Both the position numbers and the translations under genes were made by a program. A DNA stretch of 64,000 bases from Geosiphon pyriformis uo1. Lineage: Eukaryota; Fungi; Glomeromycota. This document shows positions 9,761 through 20,400 of the stretch, piece after piece; position 1 is the stretch's first letter; every line of letters begins with the position of its first letter. The DNA is taken from positions 282,194 to 346,193 of the forward strand of contig JAAOMT010000529.1 in the NCBI GenBank assembly GCA_016748015.1, read 5' to 3'. The notes under the pieces were generated by a model. The model worked only from the letters and a program-made list of their open reading frames with translations. It did not search any database and had not been told where the DNA came from.

Positions 9761-11141
9761 ATGAATATACAAAAATACCAACAACTTCAATATTATATAA
9801 ACACCTAATTGTTCAAGGAGAAATTATCTCAAAAAGAACAAAGAAACATAAAACAACAATCAAAATATTTTATCAATTATCAAAATATACTTTACTAAAA
9901 GAACAGAAAAAATTCAGATTAACCAACTAGAGTAATCACAAAACCAGAAAAAGAGACAATATTATTCAACATACACTCAGACCTAACAGCAGGACATTTT
10001 TATAAAAAAGCAACCATAGAAAGAATCAGAAAGAGATATTATTAGCCATCAATGTATCCAGACATCATTTAATATGTTCAGAATTGTGATGCTTGTCAGA
10101 GAAGAGGTAAAATAAGACCAAGTGAACCATTAAAACCAATCAAAGTGGAACAACCATTCGATCGCATTGGAATTGACTTAATTGGACCATTAACAATCAC
10201 CAGCAGAGGCAACAGATATATTGCAGTAGCCATGGACTATCTCACTAAATAGCCAGAAGCAAAAGCCATTCAAAGAGCAGATGCAGAATTTGTTGCCGAA
10301 TTCATTCACCAAGACTTGATTTGTCAACATGAATGTTCAAAAAAACTACTATCAGATCAAAAAACTCACTTTGTGAACAGAACATTAACAAAATTAAGTC
10401 AGAGATTTGAAATCAAAAGACCATTATTATTATTATACCATTCACAAACAAATGGGTTAGTTGAGAGATTTAACAAAACATTGTGTGAAGCAATTGCCAA
10501 AATCAGTCAGAAAAACCAGGACAAATAGGATTTGTTTATACCATCAGTACTATTTGCTTATCAGACAATGAAGCAAGACACTACACAAGCAACATCATTT
10601 GAATTAGTATATGGTAGAACAGCAACATTACTAGTTGAGATAGAAGTCAATACATATCCAACTAAACCAATAACAGAAGCCAATTTTCAAGAAACATTGT
10701 TGAAAAGAACATATGACTTAATAGAAACACTAGAAAACAGATGATGAAAAGCAGCTAATAACATTCAAAAGTCACAAGAAAGACAAAAAAAAGACATGAT
10801 AACCAACTATCAGATAAACCAGTTGAATTCAAGATTGAAGACAAAGTACTTTTACATTGTACCAAAGTGGAAAAACAATGGAGTGGAAAATTTGATCCCA
10901 AATGAGACAGACCATTTCACATAGAAGAAATTCTTGAAAATGGAGCTTATAAATTAGATAGAACAACAAAATTTTAGCCAAAGCAGTACATGGTGATCGA
11001 CTGAAACCATATCATCAGATAGCATTATTATTCACCAATAACATTCCACAACTAGGAGTACAAAGAATATTAGTTTAACCAGATAAGATTCCATGAGATC
11101 TGAAACCAATCATAGTTATTGAACCAAACACGTCAAATTAA
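9761..11141 (+). pseudogene. Stand-alone integrase ORF of element A (HHCC, DDE core, GPY/F-type tail)
   Basis: ATG at 9761 in a different frame from pol. Translation includes MNIQKYQQLQYYINT, HSDLTAGH, CDACQRRG, IGIDLIGPL, SDQKTHF, QTNGLVERFN, DRPFHIEE and VHGDRLKPY. Confidence 0.9.
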
Positions 11142-11832
11142 ACAACCCAAAAGAGTATATAAAGACACAATACACATGACAAAAGCAACCAAAAAAATAA
11201 AAATACCAGAGCATATTTACACTATAGCTCAACAACTGTTTCAGGCCTTAAGTCAACAACAATTAGACATAGAAATTATTGTTAACAACCAAACAATTTG
11301 CTATTAAAACACCAAAAAAAAGACAAAAAACACTTCATATCAACAGTTACCAAAGAATGATAAAAACTGATCAGATAACATAATAGAAAAAGTAAAGAAC
11401 ACTTTTGGGAAAATACCTATTATGGCACCAACAAAAGAACTTACAAAAGAGAATTAAAAACAATAAACAAAACAACTTCCAATATCATACTGTTACTACC
11501 AGTTAGGTCGGAAGTTGAATATTCAGGAGTTGTATACTGACAAATCCAAGAGAATATTCAACCAAGACATAATACAACAAATTGAAGAATTTATCAGAAA
11601 GAAAACGAATTCAACACTACATGTTAAAACAATGTACCAACTACACAACATATTTCGAAACTATCCAGAAATACTGTTACACTCTGACATGGAAACCATA
11701 ACTATTAACCAATGGGGAAGGATGAACAATACACAAGTAGAAAACGTGAGAAACAGAGTCGAACAAACAATACTTAAAAAAGAAATATTAGAACTAATTC
11801 AAAATAAAAATTTCAACAGAGCTCAATATTAA
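11119..11832 (+). pseudogene. ORF3, unknown ~230-aa hydrophilic protein in the env position (element A)
   Basis: Track ORFs 11119-11307 and 11515-11832 are one frame with C>T/G>A-type stops. It ends RAQY* immediately before the PPT. Homologs in C, D, E and F. Confidence 0.8.
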
Positions 11833-11843
11833 AAAAGAGGAGA
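11831..11843 (+). promoter_or_regulatory. Polypurine tract of element A
   Basis: AAAAAAGAGGAGA then TAA and the 3' LTR start at 11847. Equivalent tracts precede the 3' LTRs of C, D, E and F. Confidence 0.85.
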
Positions 11844-11846
11844 TAA

Positions 11847-12646
11847 TATTACTCATAAAAAGAAAACAGATATATAAAAAAAATAGTAGACCAATAAGTG
11901 AGTAGTAGTTAGTCCGTAAGTATATTGCTCAGCGATGTGGAATGATGTCAAGAAAAGATGGCACATTGCTCAGCAATGTGAGTATTGCTTGAGAAATTAT
12001 AGCACATCACTCAAAAATGTAAGCAATCTCATAAAACCCAAATTATGTATATATAGTGGTAGCATTAAAAGTAGAAAAAACAGACCTTTCAATTTAGATT
12101 TAATCTAAGCAACCTTCTATTAAAAAATATCAAATAAATAATTATTCACCATCTCAATTCACCTTCCACTATTAATACTTCATGTTGATAGTAATTGATA
12201 CTTAACCATACTGAAACAATAGCTCTTGATCACGGCTATTGATGGGATACTAATTTGCAATTGCTTTCATTTATTTTCTTTATTTTTTTTCTATTTCTTT
12301 TATTATTTCTTTGGTTTTACTAAATTGATTAAAAATTAAGTACTGAGATACAAATGTTATAAGGACTAGTAAAAAACCTGTAAAACAAGGATAGAACATT
12401 CATAGATTTGAGGATAGCTTACCAGAAAGATTACTGGCCACTATGCTGAGAAAGAAATTTGATGAAATTGCAATTCCAGGAGGCTACTGAAAACAACTAT
12501 TCAATCTTTGTCTATTATACAAAGAACTTCACAACAAAACCTTCAGATCAACACAAAATCTTTAGATATTAACACCAAAGTACCAACCATGCACCAAGTT
12601 ACAGATTTGTTATTTAACTTAAGACTCTAAATAATCATCTATAACA
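11847..12646 (+). repeat. 3' LTR of element A
   Basis: Colinear with 2576-3453 but lacks two ~40-bp U3 units. Confidence 0.95.
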
Positions 12647-14425
12647 CTGATAAGTAATTGTACAAAGCTTTTATAAAATATAAATATAAACTAGCAATAA
12701 ATTTATTTGTAAAATCAGTTACTATATGTAAGTCAAAATACCAGATTGAGAAAGTTCAAATTAAATACATATATTTTGCCATATTTATATTAATAATGTC
12801 AAATCCAAGCCCAATCTTCTAGTGTGTACAATAAACAGCCCTAAAAATTTTATGAATAAAATAACAAATATTCTTAGATATTATCATCCTACTAATCTTA
12901 ATATATTTTTTATTAATAATAACAGAAAGCATTAAATTCGAATATGAAGTTAAATTGGCTAGCTTATCAGCATACTTATTGCCCAATACACCCAAATGTC
13001 TCTTAACTTTATTTTAAAAGACATTAAGTCTTTTACTTCTAACAGAATTTATAACACAATGTTTTTTTAACCAGCAACTATTATAAAAGTTTGGTAAATT
13101 CATGTTTAATTTCATAACACAAGTATTTAAAGCAGTTTAACTGTCTGAATACATTATAACAGTACTGTAAGTTAGAACATACTTCAAAACCAGAACAATT
13201 GCTTAGAATTCTACTATTGTAAAAGATACCAAACCACCAATTTTAATACCAACATTAATATTTAAATCAAGAAAATACAGTCATACTATATCTTATTTTA
13301 TATATATCCAAGTTTTTTAAAGACTTATCTGTATAAACATTAACAACATCTAAATTAGTATTAGAAAGACACAATTTGATTTCAGAAAAGCCACCAATAT
13401 CAAAAATATTTGAAGGCCAGAAGCTATTAATAAGCAACTGAATATTAAGATAAAATACAGAACTGGCCAAAAAATTATGTGCTATCCCAAATTAAACAGA
13501 AACCAGACCCTTAAGATCAAGTTTTTTTTAATAATAAAAGCTCTTTTAGTCAAAAACCAACTCTTTCTTATTATACAATTATTCAACAAAGGCAATACCA
13601 AATCTTCTAAATAAACAAAAAATATTATAGAACACCAAATCTCTTAAAACAAAAAACATTAGAATGTTACCAAAAAAATGGAATACAAAGAAAAGATTAT
13701 TATTAAGAAACATGTTATAATCCAAAAATATCTTTACTATATTAGCCAAAAGTTGTTAACTAGACTGACTCTTAGCTTCATAAAACAATACAAAGAGTAA
13801 ATAGAAAATTAATCCAAAATTTGCAAATCCAAAGACCTATAATCAAACAGATAACCAAAAATCTTACTAATATTTAAAAAACTCAATACAGAAGCTGCTT
13901 TATTCTTAGCTTGTATTTGCTTAAACAATTTCAAGTTATATAATAATAAATGATAAAGAGTTTTATTAGGAAAATTTTTCAGCAAACCAGCTTTTATTCT
14001 CAAACTCTTCTTAATTAGTGTATCTTACTTATTACACATACTTTTAGAGATAAAATTAAACTAAGTTCTGTAACCAACTATAGACTACAGCACAACTGAA
14101 ACCAAATAAAAAAACTGTTTGTCTAAGATGGCTTTTTTCAAGACCAAATTAACAAAAAATCTGATGTTAGAGTAAGTTTTTACTAAACTAGGTCTTAATA
14201 AACTCTCAGAAAACAAAAAAATACCAAGATATCTGTAAAACTCCCTTTTCTAAATAATAGATATTGGCAGACCACTTATTATTAATGAGACATTTCTTAT
14301 TTTCTGATTAATAAAAATGGCTACCATCTTTTCATTGTTTATTGAAATGTTATTTATTTTAAAAAAATTACTTGCAATATTTAAAATATGTTAAGTAGCA
14401 ACTTGACTACTTCTTATCTAAATTG

Positions 14426-17400
14426 AATGGTGTTGGTATTATCTAAAAAGTTAAGTATCTGAAGATTTTAATTAAGTTTTTTGTATAATGAACAGATATT
14501 TAAGTGTTGTTTTTCCTGTAGTTTCTTGGAATTGCAATTTCATTGAATTTTTTCCTTAATATAGTAGTTGACAATCTTCCTGATAAGCTATCCTTAATAA
14601 TGAATGTTCTATCCTTGTTCTTGGGTTTTTTACCAGTATTATATCTTGATGTCAATACTTTCGCATATTAATTAATTAGTAAACAAACAAACAGAAAAAA
14701 AAATAAATAAATAAATAAAAAAAATAATAAAAAGAGAAAATAAAATAAGCCAAGACAAGAAAAAGTTAGTATCTTATTAATAGCTGTGATCAAGAGTTAT
14801 TGGTCCAATATAATTAAGTATTAGATACTATTAATATAAGGTATTAATAGTAAGAAGATGAATTTAGATAGTGAATATTTATTTTATTAATATTAATGAT
14901 TATTTAACTAAAGATTCTTGGATTTTATTTTAACTAAGATGTTTTCATTGCTAGATTTGTTTTTTCTGCTTTTAATGCTCTCGTTATATATACATAATTT
15001 GGGTTTTATGAGATCACTCATATTTTTAAGCAATGTGCTATTATTTCTTGAGTAATGTTTACATTGTTAAGCAATATTTTATAATTCCTAACAATGTTTT
15101 ACATTGCTAAGCAATATGCTTATGTGTTAACTACTAGTTTTCTATTGGTCTATTTGTTTTTTCTACTATTTTTTTGTATGCTTTTTTTATAAGTAACATT
15201 ATTTTCTCTTTTTAATATTGAGCTTTATCGAAATCTTCATTTTGAATTAGTTCTATAACTTCTTTTTTTAGTACCATTTGTTCAATTCTGTTTCTTATAT
15301 CTTTGATTTACAAATTGTTCATTCTTTTCTATTGGTTAATGGTGATTGTTTCCATGTCTAGATGTAACAATATTTCTGGGTAGTTTTGAAAGATTATGTA
15401 TAGTTAATAGATTGTTTTAATGTGTAGTGTCAGATTTGTTTTCTTTCTAATAGTGTTTTCAATGTTTTGTATTATTTCTTGATTGAATATTCTTTTAGAT
15501 TTATTAAAATATAACTTCTAAATATCCAACTTTTGTCTTAATTAATAATAGTAGTATAGTATTGGAAGTTGTTCTATCTATTGTTTCCAATTTTCTTTTG
15601 AGAGTTCTTCTGTTGGAGTTATGATGGGTATTTTTCCAAAAGTGTTCTTTACTTTTTTAATTATCTTATTCAACTAGTGTTTTGTTTGGTTCTGAAGTTG
15701 TTAATATAGTGTATTCTTTGTTTTTCTTTTTTGTTTGGTGTTTTAATAGCAGATTGTTTGATGGTTGATAACAATTTTTATGTTTAATTGTTGTTAATTT
15801 AAGGCCTAAAATAATTGTTAAGCTAAAGTGTAGATATGATCTGGTATTTCTATTTTCTTTGTTGCTTTTATTACATATATTATGTTTTTATATACTCTTT
15901 TGGTTGATCAACTTGATGTGTTTGAATCAATGATTATAATTGGTTCCAGATTTTATGGAATTTTATCTGGTTGAACTAGTATTTGTTGTACTTTCAGTTA
16001 TGAAATATTACTGATAAATAATGCTGCTGTATTGTAATATGGTTTTAGTTAATTTCCATGTGCTGCTTTAGCTAAGATTTTGTTGTCTCATCTTAATTTA
16101 TAAGCTCTATTTCCTAAAAATTTTTCAATGTGAAATGGTTTATTCTATTTAAGGTCAAATTTTCTATTTTATTGTTTTTTTACTTTGGTATAATGTAAGA
16201 GTACTTTGTCTTCAATCTTGAATTCAACTAGTTTATTTGATAATTGGTTATTATGTTATTCTTTTTGTTTTTCTTGTGATTTTTGAATGTTATTAGCTGT
16301 TCTCTATCTTTTGTTTTCCAACATTTTTATTAGTTTATATGTTTTTCTTAACAATGTTTTTTGTAAGTTGGCTTCTGTTATTGGTTCTGTTGGATATGTA
16401 TTAATGTTTATCTCCATTAGTAATATTGCTGTTCTACTATAAACAAGTTTAAATGGTGTTGCTTGTATAGTATCTTGCTTCATTGTCTGATAAGCAAATA
16501 ATACTAATAATATAAACAAATCTTATTTGTCCTGGTTTTTTTGACTGATTTTGGCAATTGCTTTACACAATATTCTGTTGAACCTTTCAATTAAACCATT
16601 TGTTTATGGATGATATAATGATGATAATGGTCTCTTAATTCCAAATCTTTGGCTTAATTTTACTAATGTTCTGTTTATAAAGTGAGTTTCTTGATCTAAT
16701 AACAATTTTTTTGGACATCCATATTAACAAATCAAATTTTGATAAATGAATTTGGCTATGAATTTTGTATCTGCTCTTTGAATTGCTTTTACCTCTGGCC
16801 ATTTTATGAGATAATTTATGGCAACTGCTATATAATGATTGTTTCTGCTAGTTATTGTTAATAGTCCTACTAAGTCAATTCCAATTCTATTAAATAGTTG
16901 TCCCATTTTAATTGGTCTTAATGGTTTGTTAGGTCATGTTCCTCCTCTTTTCTGACAAGCATCACAATTTTGAACATATTAGATAATATCTGGATATATT
17001 GATGACTAATAATATTTTTTTCTGGTTCTTTCCATAGTTGCTTTTTTATGAAAATGTTTTGTGGTTGAATCTAAGTGCATGTTGTATAATATTGTTTCTT
17101 TTTCTGGTTCTGTAATTACTCTAAGTGGTTAATCTGGATCTTTTCTGTTTTTTCAATATAATATATTTTAATAAATGATAAAATATTTGAATTGTTGTTT
17201 GATGTTGTTTTGTTCCTCTTGAGATAATTTTTTCTGAAACTGTTGAATATTAATATAATATTGGAGTTGTTGATATTTTTGTGTGTTCATCTTTTGTTAT
17301 ATTTTTGGATTGAAAATATTTTTTAGATTTGTCTTATTTGCAACAAACCATCAGCATTTCCATTTTTTTTTCCCTTTTTATAATGTACTATATATTTGAA

Positions 17401-20400
17401 TAGTGAAAGTTTTATTTTCTATCTAACATGACAGTTATCTCTAAATTTTTGCTTCTGAATTGATGTCAATTCTTTGTGATCAGTATATATGTTGAATTTC
17501 TGGCTTAAATATTCTTTCTATTTTATAACTGCCTAATAGATAGCTAAGTGTTCTAGTGCTGGTGTTTCATAGTTTTTTTTGGTTGGATTCAAACTTTGGC
17601 TGATATATATAACTGGATATTCTTGTTTATTCAGTCTTCTCTGAGATAGTATTGCTCTCAATGCTTGATTAGATGTATTGGTAGTAATAATGAATGACTT
17701 ATTATAATCTGGATAAATTAGTACTAGAGTTTGAATAAGTTTTTTTTTTAATATATTGAAAGCTTGCTAAATTTCAATTCATTTATATTTCATATTTTTG
17801 GCTTGAAGTTGGTAGAATAGTTAAACCAGTTTGGAGAAGTTCTGGATAAAGTGGCAATAATATCTAGCAAATCTTAAAAATGCTCTTAATTTGGTAAGAT
17901 TTATTGGTACTGAAAAGTTTTTGACAATTTCAATTTTGTCTGAATCTGTTTTGATATCATTTTTGCTTACAACATATCCCAAAAATTTCAGTTTTGTTTT
18001 GCCAAAGAAGTATTTGTTTGCATTCAGTTTCAATTCAGTTTTTTTTAGTCTTTCAAACACTTGCTGTAGATAATGAAGATGTTCATCAAATGTTTTTGAG
18101 AATACATTGGTATCATTCAAGTAGACAATTACTGATTTCTATAGTAGTCCAGTATAAACAATTTCTATTAGCTGTTGGAAGATGACTGGCATATTGGTTA
18201 AACCAAATAACATAACTTTAAATTCAAAATTTTTTTCTTTGGTAGTGAATACAGTTTTTTATTTATTAGCTGAATTTATGATTATTTGCCAGTAACCACT
18301 ATTTAGATCCAATGTTGAGAACCATTTTTTTTCTTCAAATACATTAAATAATTTCTGAATCCATGGTGTTGAGTAGCTGTCTTCACAAATTATACTGTTG
18401 AGTTTTCTATAATCTACACAAATGCAAATTTTCCTATTCTTTTTCCAGACTAGTACCACTAATAATAATCATGAACTCATTAATAGTTGAATTAATCTGT
18501 TGTCTAACATTTGGTTGATTTCTTGTCAGATGATTTCATGGCTTGCTGGTGGTACTTTGTATGTTCTTTGTTTAATTGACATTGTATTTCCAGTTTTAAT
18601 CTGGTACTGGATAATGTTAGTTCTGCTAAATTCATTTTCATTGGCAAAGATGTCAATGAAATTGTTAAACAACATCTTGAGTTATATTCATTGAAGTGAA
18701 TTTAAGTTTTCCAAATTTATTTGTTCCAATTGTTCTGATTAGAGCAAATAACATTCTTTTTGTCTGTATATTGTTTGTGATGTAATATCCACATATCCAC
18801 AAAGTTGTAAAAAATCCGAAATAGTGCTTAGTAGTTGGTTCTCAACTTCAGTGCTTAAATATCTGATGGTAGTTTTGCTTGGTATTTTTATGGTGTCTTC
18901 AGTTGTGTTGTGGATGGGAATCTTAATATTTTTGTCATTTTTAGCCAATATGTAAAGATTGGTAATAGCAATCTCTCTTGATTCACAAATTGTAACTTTT
19001 GCTTCAAAAATCTGGAGCTGATCTCTTACTTTTCTTTCTATAATTACTAAATACTGGTTATATAATAAGATGAAAATTGATTGACAGATGAAAATAATTT
19101 CTTCTTTGTTAATAACTTTTTTTTCTGCCATATTAATTAGTATGTCTATTCTATCTGTGAATCTAAATTCACTTATTTCTCTTGCTGTTATCCTTAATTC
19201 TTCTTTTTTTCTTACTAATATTAACTAAGCTATTTTAACCAAAGACAGGAATATTGTCTGTGCTATCTTTTCATTTGGCTCAATAATGTAAGTCTTTTCT
19301 GAGTTGTTTTGTAGTATTGCAATAATATTTCTTACATATTCTGCATTAATTATTTCTCCTCTTATATTAATCTCCTTTTTCACTAAACTATTCCTAGATG
19401 CTAATTAAACTATTTTTGTTACTAGAATTTTCAGTGCTACTTTCAGATCAATACAGATGCATAAATGTGATTCCAATTTGATCACATTTTTTCTTGGATA
19501 TCTTAAATTAAATCCTGTATTAGTATTATGTGCTTGTTTTGGCATAATATCTTCATTATTATTATTAAACCATTTAAGTTTTTGCTCTTTGAACAAATCA
19601 GGGAATGTAATATATTGTTTTGGGTTTAAATCAAAGTCTGACTAGTTGTTGTTATTGGTGTTGCCATTTTGGATTGAGCTAGAACTATTGTTTTTATTAT
19701 TATCATTAGAGTTTGAATTCGATTCTAATTTCAATACACAATTGCTAATTGGTTCTTCTTTTTCTTCTGAGGTTGTGTAAATCATGTGTAGTGATGGATT
19801 GTAAATAAGATTACACTTATTACAATATTGAAAATCACATGAAATCAAACAATAGTCACATAGTCAGGTGTTTAGTTGTTCTAAATATTGCTTTTGCTCT
19901 TTTTTGGTAAGTGCTAAGTCTTAATAATGTTTGTAGAATTGTTTTGAATTCATAGTATCAAAGACAATATTAGAGTTTAGAATCCAATTGAGTTTTATGA
20001 GTTCTGGTGAGTTATTTTTAATTTCTCTTATTTTTTCAATTAACACACCTTCAATTTTGGTAAAAGCTATTTGCCAGATTTTGTTGTCATTGTGTAAACA
20101 ACCATCTAGATATTTTATAGCTCTTCTCCAGACAGTGTCTATGGACATGTTTTTTCTTATCCAATTACTAATTAGAATTGTGTATTGATACAATTTGTTA
20201 CATGTTTTTCTACAACCAGAAATGTTGTTCCATATTTTTTTACCTAAAAAAGTTTCCTTACATATAAGACATGGTTTGTTGTTATTTTTCTTGTTTTTTT
20301 GGTTATTTAAAGTATTCAAAGACATATAGGCAGCAGTAGTATTTGGTGGCCATTGGCCATTTTTTATTATTACTACAACATACATCTATTGTAGACAATT

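Larger units (their letters stand above)
2576..12646 (+). mobile_element. Full-length Ty3/Gypsy LTR retrotransposon copy A (family 1), hypermutated
   Basis: LTRs 2576-3453 and 11847-12646 with TGTTA...TAACA termini. TSD CTGG (2572-2575)/CTGA (12647-12650). PBS and PPT present. Domain order gag-PR-RT-RH-IN. Confidence 0.95.
1834..14425 (-). mobile_element. LINE ORF2 relic (C-terminal RT, RNase H, C-terminal Cys/His finger), split by LTR element A and truncated at 14425
   Basis: Minus-strand translation: I*IRSSQVAT*HILNIASNFFKINNISINNEKMVAI (~14320-14425, just after where FVDD is expected); YRYLGIF (~14220-14240); VYTDKSL (RNase H, ~13330); KVKRHLGVLGNKYADKL (~12960-13010). YFIKALYNYL (~12650-12685) rejoins PVIICKHL*NKKYSSILCFYYGKIETFKHFFVC (~2475-2575) across element A. 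Confidence 0.8.

Noticed and set aside
11119-11832. ORF3 as an env gene
   Set aside because: No signal peptide, furin site with fusion peptide, or transmembrane segment is visible in any copy.
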